A stretch of 64,000 bases of DNA from Monocercomonoides exilis PA203 (GCA_001643675.2 LSRY02000039.1:744001-808000), one strand, 5' to 3'; shown: positions 51,011-63,942, counted from the stretch's first letter. The notes: generated by a model from the letters alone, not told the origin. A program made the numbers and translations.

Positions 51011-52950
51011 TCAATAAATAATTTCTATTTTCTGAATCAAAAAAAAGAACAGATAAAATTGTCTGAGCAGTGATTCAGAAATGTCCTTTGCACACCCTGA
51101 AACATTTGCTGCTGGTCCTGCTACATTCGGCAAAATCAAACTGAAGCAACAAATTGGTTCATTTTCTGAATGTTGGAGGAACACCCGCTTCAAAAGAGTC
51201 ACAAACGCCTCTGAAAATGTCTGAATATGTTCAATCATTAACTTTTTCCCGGTGCATCATTTTCATGCTTTTGCATCAAAACAGACAATCCGAAGGTTAG
51301 AAAAACAAACATATATTGTTTGGTAAATTAATAAGGGTTTGCAACCTATGATCTGTTTAATCAAGATGTTTAATTGATGAATTGCTGCAGCCAGAGCATG
51401 TCTGAGCTGCTTGAATGTGCAGTTACAGATGCAACCATGCAAGTTATAGCATTGCAGAAGAGCAGGGATTTTTCTTCCAGATGGAGGAGCGGGTGGCTGT
51501 TTGCATTGATTGCTTGTGAAAAGAGAAGTGGTGGGGGAAATCGCATGAAATATGAACTAGGTTGTATGTTGAAAAGCATTTGACATAACATTGACCGTGA
51601 TATTTTGAATGATAAATAATTCAAGCAAGGTTCAGAAAAAGCGAGCTGAATATTAGAAAGATTGAATTGAACCGCTTGTTCATTTCGAGGGAAATGCAGT
51701 GTGCTTGGCATATCTTTTGCTTTGAACTTGATTTGCGTGATTTTTTGTGGGATGGTTGGTTTTGTGGAAGAGGAAAGGGAATTGGGGGATTGAACAATGG
51801 AGGAAACGAGTTGAGCAAAACACTCAGCAGGTTTCAATTACAATCTCATTTGCATTTTGCAGGAATCCTACTGACATGCCATTAGCGAAGACATTTCGTT
51901 GAATCGGACTTTGAAAAGGAGTTAATTTGGAGAATATGTGTTTTCATCTGATATTCCAACCAGCTTCACAATGGATTCTAAGAACAAGAAAGCCAGTTGA
52001 GCTGAAAATTACCAATCCATTGGAGATGGGAAAATATTTCGAGTTCAAAAAGATGATTTGATTATTTTTGTTTCATTTATTTTTCTTTCAAGGTGTTCTT
52101 TGAATGAATGCAGATTGGTTACGAACAGGAATACTGCAAAGAGAGAGAAGCCAATTTATCCTTTTTCAAAAGATTCAGAAGTTTTGAGATTATTCTTGAA
52201 TGTATTGCATTCAACAATAACATTCGTGACTTCTACCATCTGGTTTGTGTGATGCACAGCATGACAATGCTTTGCATGAGCTCGAAAGAGAGAAAAAGCA
52301 GTCAACTTGGAGTGTTTGTTGAGAGCGTTTTGTTGAAGCGACTCTTTTGTCGGGGCTGATGATTTGGCTGGGCATTCACGTTCAGAAATTGCTAACTTTT
52401 GATGATTCTCAAAACACAACATCATCTTTGGCATCTTTTCTTCTTCTTCTTCTTCTTCTTCTTCTTCTTCTTCTTCTTCTTCTTCTTCTTCTTCTCCTTT
52501 TTGTCTTCTCTTTTTTTAATGAAAAAGGAAGAGGAAAAAGACAAAAAGTTCATTTGCTTTATCCAACCACGTGTGATGTCTTGCAGTGGATGCAGCATTT
52601 TGTGTCGCAGGATGAAGGCAAAGGCAGGCAAATTGTCGTTTCATATGCAAAAGATGGAGCAGAATCTGAAGCAGTTGAGATTTTTTGGGGAAGAGCTTTG
52701 ACAAGGAAGAATGAGTGATGAAGGATAGACAGGATGAAGACACATCTGCATCCTTTTCATTTTTATTCTTTTCCTTTCCTTCTTTCTCAGCATTCATCTT
52801 GGCAACTGATTTCCCTTCTCGCGTCTTTTCTGCCTTGTTCGCAAAACAACATTCACTTTCAGCCTTTCCAGTTGCATCAACAACGAGAAAGAGATACAAA
52901 TTAATTTGGACTCTTTTTGGTGGAAGAAGAAGGAGAAGAAGTGTGGATGG
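51011..52950 (-). pseudogene. Probable decayed gene of unknown function
   Basis: GC is higher than in the flanks, and several short protein-like minus-strand ORF fragments lie in different frames (51011-51238, 51370-51837, 52156-52434). No family recognised. Confidence 0.3.
52438..52495. repeat. (TTC)n microsatellite, ~19 units
   Basis: Directly visible. Confidence 0.95.
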
Positions 52951-53599
52951 TCAGTGAGGAATTCGCAAACTTGTAGAGGAAGCTTTTGAAGAATCAGAAA
53001 TCTTTTCTTTGTGAATTATGGCTTTCTTCTGAAATATTTTCGCTAAATTTTTTTGTGAATTTGATTTGATCAATTTATCAAAATTAACAATTCTAAATTT
53101 TGAGTTTTTCGAGCAAAAACCAAATAACAAATCATTATTTTAAAGATTTATAAGAAGTGGCATAATCTCATTAATCTAAATTAATTTTTGGTACACTTGT
53201 TTTGAATTTCATATTTTTAATCTTATTGTTTCACACAAAATTTCATTTCAAAATCAATCATTGTGCAAATTTTTGAGAAAAAACGTAACAATATTCTGTA
53301 ATAAGTTAATCACAAAAATTTAATTAACCAAAAAATACATTCCTTTTGTTCATAAGAAAGATTCGAAGTTTTTGAATATTTTTTTTGAATATTCCAAAAT
53401 AAAATATAACCATGACAACGAAAACCAAATTAGAATAAATAAATAAATTCAAATTCATATATAAACCATAAACATGCATTCTAAATGCAATGTGATTATT
53501 ATGAAAAAATCAATTAAAGAAATAAAAATATGGGGTTAATGTGTTTTATATTTTCTGACTATTTCCGGCAACTATTTCCCTTGCGAGCTCTTTTCCAAC

Positions 53600-56500
53600 A
53601 TGAAGGCTGTGTTTTATATTTGTGCATTGATTATGCTCGGTGCCAAATGCCGGAATATGGAAGACATTGCTGAAAGACAAATTAAACAAAAAATGAACGA
53701 GGAGACGCAGAAGGATTTGATCAGCATTGCAGATAAAAATGGAGATTTCAACATTAATTTTTACAATTCACTAACGAAAGTTATAAAACCAGCTGGCAAT
53801 TACATCTGCTGTATTCAAGCAACTTTAAAAATCATCAACACCTCTTTGTGTGTGAACCATCTCAACATCATCCCCCTCACTGGTTGTCCACTCCTCACTG
53901 CTCAATACCACTCGGCTGCCACCATCTGCTCCTCCTCTTTCCAAGTCAACCCAGCAACAAAATCTCCACTTTTCCTCTCTTTCCATGCCATCCTCGCCCT
54001 CACAAACTTCTCCCTCATCCCCCACCAACCTGCCATCCTCTCCTTCCCCCTCTTCTCCACCCCAAACAATCTCCTCTCAGATACTCACTCCCCAATCCCT
54101 GTCTCCTTCTCCATCTCACACTCCTCCTTCTCCTCTTTCGTCTCCCTCATCCAGCCCTTCCTTTTTTCTCCTTCTTCTACTTCCCCTTCTCCTTCCCTTT
54201 CTCCTTCCCCTTCCCCTTCCCCTTCCCCTCTCCATATCCATCACCAATCCCGTCCCAGCCTCCAAATCCACCTCAATCTCCATCTCTCAAACACACTCTT
54301 CTCCAACATCTCCTCTCCCAAATCCCATTCATCTCTTCCATCTCTTCCCTCCCACTCACTCAACCCATTCATCTCAACCACCTCTTCCTCTTCACTCTCT
54401 TCCACTTCCACCAACATCAACATCAATACAATCCCCTCCTTCTCTCTTCACTCATCCCTCTCCATCCACTCCACCATCTTCCTCCACACTCACAACCCCA
54501 TCGATGGTGCCATCCTCCCCAACCTCAACAACCCATCCACTTCTCTCTCTGCCTTCAATGCATCTTTCCATTACCAAACACGATCTTCCCCAAATGATCC
54601 TGCAAAATATAACGGATCTGAAACTCAAAAATTGAAACTTGAAAGAATGTTCTCATTCAATTTGAATAGCTATATCTTTGAATGGTGTTTTTGGAATAAC
54701 TCAAATTCTGGAAATGACTATGGAGGTGCGCTTTATGTTGTTTTCCAAGATGCAAATCTCACGCTCACTTCTTGCTCATTCAACAATTGTTCAACTACAG
54801 GAAATGAATGTGGCGGTGGAGCGCTATACAGTTACTGTTTGCAGAATGAGAATATTACAAAATCCAATTTCACAAACTGTTCTGCTCCTCATGGAGGAGC
54901 AGCTTGCATTGATGGAAGACAAACTTCTTCCGTTTATTCATTTTCAGATAACAGAGTGGAAAGCTGTAAAATAACAAGCACAATTGGAACAGGTATATAT
55001 TTTTTTATTGGTGATTTTTCTACAAACGGTCAATTCTTTTTCGCCAAATGCAAGTGTATATCAAATTCTGGTGGTGATTCAACTGGCTCTCTCACATTTC
55101 AAAATCCTCCGAATAATAAACCAAATAATTTTTTGGTTAATGACTGCCAATTTATAAATAATAAACTGATTGGTTCAACAAATTATGGAGGAGCTGCAAT
55201 ATTTTTCAGATACACACATCCCTGGATGAATGGAATGAAATTCATCACATTCTGTTTCTTCTATGGCAACACTGCCAAAAATGGCAGGGGCAATGATGTG
55301 TTCTTCAGCGGAAACAGCATCACTCAATCTCCGTTTGAAAATTGTGGTTCAACAACAGAATCAAAAAGAGTCTGGAATAATGGACAAGCAGACAATGAAA
55401 CTTTCAATGGCTGGCTCCCCCTCATCGCCCAGAATAAAATCGTTGCCAGCAATGGAACTGATGCTGATGCCTGTGGCAGACCCCAACAGACCCCATGTGC
55501 CACCATCGAGTATGCCCTAAATGGCTTCATTTCCCTCCTCCACGACGCCTCCCTCACCCTCCTCACCTCAATATTTGTTCCCGTTCAAACACTCACTTTC
55601 AGCGCGGTTGACACTAAAATCACTGGAAATGGCACAGATGCCACCACCATCGCCTCCAGTGGCATTCTTCAACAATCAAACTCACATTCACGGTCATCTC
55701 AATCAACATCATCGTTTTCATCGTTTTCATCATTTTCTTCATTATCAACATCTTCTTCACCAGATCCATTTGCCACTTCTACCCTCTTCCAACAGACCCA
55801 GGGCTCCCTCACAGTCTCTGCCCTTGCCATCGCCCACAACTCCTCAAACCAAATCACCCCCATCCTCTTCCACCTCTCCAATGACTCCCCTTCCCTCAAC
55901 CTCAACACAACCACCATCACCGGAACAACCTCATCTTCATCATCAATCACCACACCCCTCTTCTTCCTCACTGCTGGCTCCCTCGCCCTCAACCACACAG
56001 CAATCACCAGTCTCTCCCTCAACAGCCAAAGCATCTTCCACCTCACCTCCCTCACCACTCCCCTTGCCCTCAACTCCTCCAACATCACTGACATCACCTC
56101 CACTGCCACCCCCGCCAGCTGTATCCTCTCCTCTGCTACCTCCCCTGCCCTCTCCCTCTCCCTCGCCAACTGCACCATCACCAACATCAACTCAGCTCCA
56201 CAAAACCAACAGACTGCTACAGATGGCGGGTGCATCTCATTCGCCTCATCCGTCTCTGACAATACATTTTCGGTGAGTGAAACAAATTTCTCCACCTGCT
56301 TTGTGAGCGAGGATACAAGTTCTGGAGGAAGAGGCGGCGCTCTCATGATCGAGTACAAGGATGATTCACAAGTGTCATCCACAACCTTTTCCATCACCAA
56401 TATCGCGTTTTCAGCCAACAAGGCCTGTGCTGGAAGAGATATGTATTTTGTGTGTGAATCCCTTGCATCTTCTGTGAAAGAGCCCTTGTTCGCCTTCATG

Positions 56501-59500
56501 ACAAGCATCACTCAGAAAGATAACTCTATTGTCGGGCATGACAGAACAGAGGCATTCGGTGATTGGGATGCCGACTTGTTCATATTCTTTGATGGATTCT
56601 TCGATGATACAATATTTGTCGATGGAATATCTGGAGTCGAAGAGGTGTATTGTGGTTTGGAGAAGGCGCCATGTTTGAATGTTAATTATGGGATAGTGCA
56701 TTTGAAGAGAACACAGCATATAAAACAGGAAATTGTTTTGTACTCAAAATCTTCTTTAACGGGGTGTGTAGATGTGGGAGGGATGTGTATAAAGGCAAAA
56801 ACTGAGACAATTATGGAGATAGAATGCAAAAGGGAAGTGAGCAGCCTTGAAGAATGTGTTCTAAAGTCATCATCACTGACAGAAATGAAGTGTATTGAAA
56901 TTGTTGTCCCCTCGAGTTTTAACAGAACAATCGAATCAGTGATCGAATCGAGCACTCGAAAAGGGGAATTGTTCATGAAGAACTGCGAGATGAGTGTGAA
57001 TGGAGGGAAGCAAAACACAATTGGATTTTCCTTGATCAAATCGACAGGGAGGATGGTTGAATTGGAGTTTGTCACAATTTCAGATGTGAAATCATCAGTC
57101 ACACTGTTTTCATTTTCTCTTTTATCCACAAATGTGAATGAACATGGGTACAAAGTGAAACTGTTGAATTGTTCAATGGAAGGATGCATCTTTGAGAGTT
57201 CATTTGGAGAATCTCCACTGGAAATATTTTCTTCTGTTTTATTTGAAAGCAACAACTTTTCAAACATTATGAACACTGGAAGCGGTGGAGAAGGAGGCGT
57301 TGCTAAAGTGATATTGCAAGGGAATGAAGAATTTGTGATGAAAACAACAAATGCATCATTATGTTCACTTTCATCAAGTAATGGAAAAGGAGGATTCTTA
57401 TATTTGGATTGTCATGAATGTTTAATTGAAAAATCATTTCTTTTTGAAATTGGAATAACTTTTGAGAATAACAAAGCAGCCATTGGAAAGAATGTGTTCA
57501 TTTTGGGAAAGGATTTTAATTCTTCTGTGACAAATGTTTCATTCAAGTTTGATTATTCCTCAATGATAGATGATCAGACTCTGTTTGTTGGGAGCGATAG
57601 CTTTCATTCAAACAAAGATTTATTCATGTTTCTGATTCCATTCCGCTCATTTGATATATTTATTTCATCGAGTGGATTTGATGTGGAGCGTTGTGGAAGT
57701 GAAGAAGAGCCATGTCAGACGATGTGGAAAGGGATGGAAAACATGAAACAGGAGATTGGAAATAAAACAATTCAAATTAAAGGATCAACCGTTATTCAAG
57801 ATTCTTTCAATGTGTCCAATTATCAGATCAAAAAGGATACGAAGATGGGGGAAGAAGATACAAAAGCAATATTGAATTTTGAAATGGCAATTGGAAGTCA
57901 ACTGGAATATTTCATGGAAAATGACATTCATCTTGAATTGATGAATATCCAACTTCAACTGACATCTGGATTTGACAATTCAGCCAAAACAATTATTTCA
58001 AATAAAAACGGAGATTTGGTGATAAGTGGATGTTCATTCCATTCAGCAGCTGAAGTGAACAATGGATTTGATTGTGTGTTTGTGGATGCGATCGGAGGCA
58101 GTGTGGAAGTGAGCGGTTTGTTGATTGAATCATGCAACGTTGGAAACAGTATTTTTGTAATTAACAATGCTGAAGTTTCTTGCCAGTTGAAGATTGTTCG
58201 AGTGAAATTGTTGAATGAAAACGGAGGTTGTTTTCTTCTGATCAAAGGAAATGAATTAACAACAAAGATAAATGAAGTGGACGAAGAAGTGAGTCTCAAT
58301 ATTGATAATTCATCATTTTCAGGAGTGAAGAGAAGTGACAATGGAGCAAGCATTTTGGAGTCGAAAAGTGAAAATAAGATTTGTTTGGTTGTGAATGAGA
58401 GCAACATCACAGAAGATAAAGCAGAATTGAGTGAAAAAGGAGGAGGAATATTCTTCACATTGGGTGCATCAGGATCAATGAAGATGATTGAAACAACAAT
58501 CAGTCATTGCAGCTGCAGCAGCAACATGGGGAAAGGAGGAGGAGTGTATTTGTCAACAAAAGAAAGAGGAGAATTGAATTTTTCATTTGTGGGAATGAAA
58601 TTCAGTTCAAATACAGCAAAAGTGGGGAATGATATTTTCATTGAATGTTTCAACATCACATCTCAGATCAATGAAAGGCAATTTCAATTTGATCTTCGAG
58701 AAGGTCATTATTCTCGAATTAATGCGATACATGGAAGAGATTTCTGTGATTTCCAAAGTGATACAGATTTGATAAATTTTGTGACGATTCATCAGGGCGA
58801 TACAATTATTGTGAGCAGTTTGAATGGATCAAATGAAAAGCAATGTGGAACAAATGCTCTTCCATGTCATTCAATTAATCATGGACTAATGCATCTGACT
58901 TCGGAATATGTGAGTCTATTGTATGTTGACACAAAGAGCGCAATTGAAGAAGAGATTAATTTGAAGGAAATGAGTCTGAGTTCGAAGAGCAGAGGCTTGT
59001 GTAAAGTTGAAGTGAAATCAGGAATTGAAATAACAAGAGATACATTGATCACAACAGCAGGAACAGTTTCATTGTTGAGAGTGAATTTTGTGTTTGATGT
59101 AAATTTTGTTTCTTCGCATGAATCACTGATCTCTCCAGAGAGAGGGATTCTTGAGGTGATGAATTGCTCATTCACAACAAAACAATTAACGGAAGAAGGA
59201 AATATTGCTTTCGCTGACATTCACTTTCACATTATTAATATGGCAAAAGGAGAATTGCAACTTGATGGATGCGCAATTTCAAATCTTATTCTTCATAAAT
59301 CTTCAATATATCTTTCATCGCCACTTCCATCAGTCATAGATTCATTAACAATTTGTAATTCAACAATTTCAAAATCTCTGATAAATATAAACGAATATGG
59401 ACAATTAAATATCGACAGATTGCGTTCTGAAAACATTTCATCTGAGGGAAATGAAGAATCATTGATATCATGCCTGAAAATGAAAAAGACGGTGCAATTG

Positions 59501-61603
59501 ACAAATTGCACAATGGGTGGAATCCGTTCAAACAAAGCAAAAGGGAAATTGATGAAAGTGGAGAATTGTTTGAATGTGAAAATGGACAGTTGCATTTTCG
59601 ATGGAAGTTCAAAGGAAAGAAATGAGAAGAATTTGAATGGAGGGGAAGAGATGTGCAGATGGGATGGATCTCTTATTGATGTTGTGAAGAGCTCTGTGAT
59701 GATGAAAGATACAACAATCTCGAATTCACCTGAAGGTGGAATGGCAGTGAGTGGAGGAAGAATTATAATTGAAGCAGGGAATTTCTCAAATAACAATCCA
59801 TCAATTGAAGGATATCCATCACTGAGAAGAAATATCATTTGTTCTTATTCTGGAACATTGAATGTGATGAGTTTGAAAGGAGGAGATGGATTGGAAAGAA
59901 GCACTTCACTTTGGATGTTGAATGAAGGGTGCAGTTTTGAAGGGATTGTTTCAGAAAGGGAATCGTCATTCTTCATTCCTATGTTGGAGAGTGTGGAAGC
60001 AAAAGAAGAGACAGATAGAATGAAGCTGACATTCAAAGGATTGCTTCTTGTTCCGTGCAATCTGTCATTTTCAATTGTGAAGAGAAAAGGAGAAGAGAAA
60101 GAAATTGAAAAACATGATTTTGATTCAAATGGATTTTTATCCGAAAGAGAAGTTGAAGGAAGTGTGGCAAAAAATCTCCTCAGCAGTTGTGGAAATGAAA
60201 TAGAAGTGAGTGCGCATATTTTGTTTGGGAATGCAGAATCTCCTTCATCAACAAATTCAATCATTCTGAAGAACAGGAGTGAGATTGAACCAAAAGGAGA
60301 AGAAAACATTGTTGAAAGTGGAAACAAGACTGCATCTTATTGGATTATCCTTGTTCTTGTGTTGTCAATGTTATTTTTGATTGTTCTTTTTGGATTTATA
60401 ATATTTGTTGTTCGATGGAAGAAGGCAAAGAACGAGAACAAAGATCTGAGAGAAATTGTGAACGATAACATCAGAAAGGATCCGAAGGCATTTGAGATGG
60501 TGACGATGGAGATGTCGCCAGAAGAGCAGTGGAGGAGAGCAGAGAGGGAGGCAGAGAAGAAGAACGAAGAAAGGATCAAGAAGAGGGTGTATGAGAATAG
60601 CTTGGGACACTCGGAGTCATCGGAGCATCTTCTCTCTGAGAGTGGTTCCACTGAATATATTCTTGGAAGAGATTCAGACAAGATCCCTCAATGGATGCTG
60701 GAGAAGGCAGATGAGAAGTTGGAAGATGATGAAGAGACAAGAAAAAGATCGCCATCACCATCCATTTCATCAACTTCAACAACTGATTCAGATTCCACTT
60801 TTGTTCGTGGAGAGGATCTGTGCCCAACTACCTCATCCATGTCAAACTTGGTTGACGCGATGGCCTGTTCGTCTCCTCATGAGAAGCTGATTGTGGACTT
60901 GAGAGATTCGCTGTTCATGCTGCTTCATGGAAGGAACGAGAAGAAGGAGATGGCAATAGGCACTCTGCAGGAGAGGGAGATGACAGCTGCCCAAATCCTG
61001 TTCTGGGTGGCGAATGTGTCACTTCATTCGTTTGAAGATGAAGAAGATGAAATTCCATCATTGGCCAATCTGAGCCCCCACATTGTGTTGTTCTCAGAGC
61101 ACATGGTCATCTGCATTGCCTTCCACTCTGACTGTTCATCAGACTCAGATTCATCTTCCATTTCATCCACTGTGACTATTGTTTCATCTGCCAGTGATGA
61201 TGATGAAGACTCTCTTCCCTCATCAGCGTTTGAGGATGAGGATGGCTTCAAAAAAGAGTGTTTGCGATGGAAGGCACCTGAATTGCTGGCAAACAAGAAG
61301 ATGGGAGCAACAGAAAAAACAGTTTCATTCTCGATTGGGATGATGCTGTGGGAGTGCCTGACTCTGAAGGTTCCGTTTGGGGAATATGAGGCAGAAGTGG
61401 CAGGGCAGAAGATCGTGAATGGAGAGATGCCGGAGATGGGGGAAACGGGATCAGAGAATTTGATGGAGTTGGGAACTCGATGTCTGTGTGTGCAGTGGGA
61501 AGAGAGGCCGAGTCTTCGAAGTGTGAAGCGAGAATTGATTGGGCACTGTGGAAGTTGCTCGACAATGATGACAGCGACAGATGCAATTGATTTTGATTAT
61601 TGA
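53600..61603 (+). CDS. Second giant receptor-like protein: signal peptide, beta-helix/PMP-like ectodomain, TM, TKL-like pseudokinase C-lobe (2667 aa)
   Basis: Uninterrupted ORF. Signal MKAVFYICALIMLGA; GGALY/GGAA motifs; four Cys modules (e.g. DACGRPQQTPCATIEYA, DVERCGSEEEPCQT); TM ~60337-60413; RWKAPE, FSIGMMLWECLT.KVPF, EERPSL. Paralogous to 4406-16042 (shared YPSLRRN..C, SLKGGDG, PCNLSF, PTTSS.SNLV, IVD.RDSL). Confidence 0.92.
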   Translation: MKAVFYICALIMLGAKCRNMEDIAERQIKQKMNEETQKDLISIADKNGDFNINFYNSLTKVIKPAGNYICCIQATLKIINTSLCVNHLNIIPLTGCPLLTAQYHSAATICSSSFQVNPATKSPLFLSFHAILALTNFSLIPHQPAILSFPLFSTPNNLLSDTHSPIPVSFSISHSSFSSFVSLIQPFLFSPSSTSPSPSLSPSPSPSPSPLHIHHQSRPSLQIHLNLHLSNTLFSNISSPKSHSSLPSLPSHSLNPFISTTSSSSLSSTSTNININTIPSFSLHSSLSIHSTIFLHTHNPIDGAILPNLNNPSTSLSAFNASFHYQTRSSPNDPAKYNGSETQKLKLERMFSFNLNSYIFEWCFWNNSNSGNDYGGALYVVFQDANLTLTSCSFNNCSTTGNECGGGALYSYCLQNENITKSNFTNCSAPHGGAACIDGRQTSSVYSFSDNRVESCKITSTIGTGIYFFIGDFSTNGQFFFAKCKCISNSGGDSTGSLTFQNPPNNKPNNFLVNDCQFINNKLIGSTNYGGAAIFFRYTHPWMNGMKFITFCFFYGNTAKNGRGNDVFFSGNSITQSPFENCGSTTESKRVWNNGQADNETFNGWLPLIAQNKIVASNGTDADACGRPQQTPCATIEYALNGFISLLHDASLTLLTSIFVPVQTLTFSAVDTKITGNGTDATTIASSGILQQSNSHSRSSQSTSSFSSFSSFSSLSTSSSPDPFATSTLFQQTQGSLTVSALAIAHNSSNQITPILFHLSNDSPSLNLNTTTITGTTSSSSSITTPLFFLTAGSLALNHTAITSLSLNSQSIFHLTSLTTPLALNSSNITDITSTATPASCILSSATSPALSLSLANCTITNINSAPQNQQTATDGGCISFASSVSDNTFSVSETNFSTCFVSEDTSSGGRGGALMIEYKDDSQVSSTTFSITNIAFSANKACAGRDMYFVCESLASSVKEPLFAFMTSITQKDNSIVGHDRTEAFGDWDADLFIFFDGFFDDTIFVDGISGVEEVYCGLEKAPCLNVNYGIVHLKRTQHIKQEIVLYSKSSLTGCVDVGGMCIKAKTETIMEIECKREVSSLEECVLKSSSLTEMKCIEIVVPSSFNRTIESVIESSTRKGELFMKNCEMSVNGGKQNTIGFSLIKSTGRMVELEFVTISDVKSSVTLFSFSLLSTNVNEHGYKVKLLNCSMEGCIFESSFGESPLEIFSSVLFESNNFSNIMNTGSGGEGGVAKVILQGNEEFVMKTTNASLCSLSSSNGKGGFLYLDCHECLIEKSFLFEIGITFENNKAAIGKNVFILGKDFNSSVTNVSFKFDYSSMIDDQTLFVGSDSFHSNKDLFMFLIPFRSFDIFISSSGFDVERCGSEEEPCQTMWKGMENMKQEIGNKTIQIKGSTVIQDSFNVSNYQIKKDTKMGEEDTKAILNFEMAIGSQLEYFMENDIHLELMNIQLQLTSGFDNSAKTIISNKNGDLVISGCSFHSAAEVNNGFDCVFVDAIGGSVEVSGLLIESCNVGNSIFVINNAEVSCQLKIVRVKLLNENGGCFLLIKGNELTTKINEVDEEVSLNIDNSSFSGVKRSDNGASILESKSENKICLVVNESNITEDKAELSEKGGGIFFTLGASGSMKMIETTISHCSCSSNMGKGGGVYLSTKERGELNFSFVGMKFSSNTAKVGNDIFIECFNITSQINERQFQFDLREGHYSRINAIHGRDFCDFQSDTDLINFVTIHQGDTIIVSSLNGSNEKQCGTNALPCHSINHGLMHLTSEYVSLLYVDTKSAIEEEINLKEMSLSSKSRGLCKVEVKSGIEITRDTLITTAGTVSLLRVNFVFDVNFVSSHESLISPERGILEVMNCSFTTKQLTEEGNIAFADIHFHIINMAKGELQLDGCAISNLILHKSSIYLSSPLPSVIDSLTICNSTISKSLININEYGQLNIDRLRSENISSEGNEESLISCLKMKKTVQLTNCTMGGIRSNKAKGKLMKVENCLNVKMDSCIFDGSSKERNEKNLNGGEEMCRWDGSLIDVVKSSVMMKDTTISNSPEGGMAVSGGRIIIEAGNFSNNNPSIEGYPSLRRNIICSYSGTLNVMSLKGGDGLERSTSLWMLNEGCSFEGIVSERESSFFIPMLESVEAKEETDRMKLTFKGLLLVPCNLSFSIVKRKGEEKEIEKHDFDSNGFLSEREVEGSVAKNLLSSCGNEIEVSAHILFGNAESPSSTNSIILKNRSEIEPKGEENIVESGNKTASYWIILVLVLSMLFLIVLFGFIIFVVRWKKAKNENKDLREIVNDNIRKDPKAFEMVTMEMSPEEQWRRAEREAEKKNEERIKKRVYENSLGHSESSEHLLSESGSTEYILGRDSDKIPQWMLEKADEKLEDDEETRKRSPSPSISSTSTTDSDSTFVRGEDLCPTTSSMSNLVDAMACSSPHEKLIVDLRDSLFMLLHGRNEKKEMAIGTLQEREMTAAQILFWVANVSLHSFEDEEDEIPSLANLSPHIVLFSEHMVICIAFHSDCSSDSDSSSISSTVTIVSSASDDDEDSLPSSAFEDEDGFKKECLRWKAPELLANKKMGATEKTVSFSIGMMLWECLTLKVPFGEYEAEVAGQKIVNGEMPEMGETGSENLMELGTRCLCVQWEERPSLRSVKRELIGHCGSCSTMMTATDAIDFDY

Positions 61604-63942
61604 AACATTGAAGGAGAGAGTTTGGCGAGACAATCCAGAGAGGAGGAGTAAATGTTGTTGAAATGATTGTCTATGTTTGTGAATAAGCGAGAAATGAGAA
61701 CAAATACAGGATTCTGAGCAAACGCTTGTGCTGAACTCTGTTTAAGTGTTGAATGCTGAATGAAGTTTGCGGAAGAGCTTCAACTTCAAAAAGTGATTCA
61801 TTAGCTAAAATATTCACCTTTTTTTTCTCACAAAAGAGAAAAGAAAAATATTTGAAAAAATGAAGCTGATTTATGATTCATGAATGGAAGGAGCGATTTT
61901 CGAATCGCGATGTATTTTGTGGCTGGATGATTGGTTCAATGGATTTGTTTTGCTGCTAATACATTTCATTTGAGTTTGTATGTATTTCACCTCAAAAAAC
62001 AAGATTATTATTTTTGTATTTTTGCATGTTTGGAGTTGTATTTTGTTTATGTTTGTGTATATGTATGTATTTTTTTCAAGATATGTTTTCCATGCCGATT
62101 ATGTTGTTCTTGAGTGAAAAATCCAGTCAATATATTTGAAATATGTATTTTCGTGTCTATATGTAATTTTTCAATGTTGATGATTATTTCTTGAATGCTT
62201 CGTCATTTTTTCTTTCAAACAAAAATCGTTAATGCATACTTTTCTATTTTGCAGATGTGCAATTTCCTGCATTCATTCAATGAATATGTGAAACATTGCA
62301 ATCTTCTTTTGTTATTGCTGAGTGTCAGCTTGTTCAAGAATCTTTGAGTGCTTTTCAATGTATTTCGTTGTGCATGTGTATCGAAATGCAAAATTTGATG
62401 CTTTGAATTCGCAGTTGACTGTTTGAATTGTGGTGAATATTTCGCTCACTGTTTGTATTTATCCCTTTGTATGTTTCATTTCTCTATGAAATTCTCGTTT
62501 ATGAAACAAAATGAATATAAATTCCTTCTTAACGTATTTATTTTCAGTGATAAAGATCGAAATAAAGAAAATATTCAAAGAGGAAAAACAAATGTGGATC
62601 ATCAATTTTAAAAAAAAAAATAAATTAATGAGTTGTTGATTCTTTCTTTGATCTGTTTTCTTGTTATGGAGCAAAATCTAAACAATCGATCATTTTAATA
62701 GTAAACTTTTGTGTTGTTGATGAACATATCATCATCAAGAAGATGCTCAACATCACAAATTAGATTGAATATTTTATTCAAAATTTCATCTCAGCAACGG
62801 ATACGATCATATAAAATGAAAAAAAGAAATTATTCATGATTATTCATAAGAAAACAAATTTTTGTAAAATAGATTGTTACAATGAATTGTTGGTATCAAA
62901 AAACTGAAATAGTGGGAAAAATATGGGCTTTCGAGCTTTTCTTGCTCAAAGCTTAAAAAAATGAAACACTTAGAACTTTTTTGAATTTTCTCAGATTTCG
63001 AAAAATTCAAAATTTTCATCTCTTTGAACATGAATTATTGAAATTGCAAATTAAGTGCTTTGTGATGTCACACGGATTTAAAAAAAGGAACCTATTTTTT
63101 GAACACTTTTTGATAACAAAAAGTCAATAAAAAGAGCATTTTTTATCAAAGAAAAAGGTTGAAATGAAAATTTTTTTCAAATTCATATTTCAAAATTGTC
63201 AAATTGAAAGTTCGATTTCGGCAAACTTAATGTTCAATTTTTTCCATTTTGAAAATTCCTATGCTATAACATTATGAAAATGATTGCTGATTCAATATGT
63301 GGAAGAAAGTGCTTTCAGCTCAATAATTCTTCTTTGTCCATGAAAAGAATAATTATTGAACCACAATAAAAATTTTTGCCATTTGTCATCTGTGACGAAA
63401 TATTTCACAATATGAATTTTGTTCCATTCTACTCAAACAAATATTTTTCTCAATTTTAGAATTTTTCTGTATTTTTTTGACTTGGAAATGAAAGACTTAT
63501 AATGATAAGGTTGGAGAATAAGTTTGGAACAAATCGTTGTTTCGTTCATAAATGCAAAAATAAAATCCCATCTTAATGTTTGATTTACATAAAATGATAA
63601 TGAAGTGAAAAATAAATAGATTTTTAAGTGGAAATGTTAATGTTTGTTGCATTATGTTGTTTTTTTAATGAAAATGTTGTTTGCAGCAAATCTTGAAAAA
63701 GAAAACATTTTTTTCTCTCTTTTTTTTAATTATTTATACTGTTTTGAAAAAATTTTACAATAATTTTTTCAATAAAATTTTCAATTTAAACGACTTAGCA
63801 AAATCACATGTGTGAATGAATGCAGCATGAATTAACTTTATGAGGATAATTTATTTATAATTCAACAATTTCACATGAGATGAATTTTTTCTTTTTAAAG
63901 TTAAAAACATTTTCGTGATGATAGGTACACCAAAAATTATTC

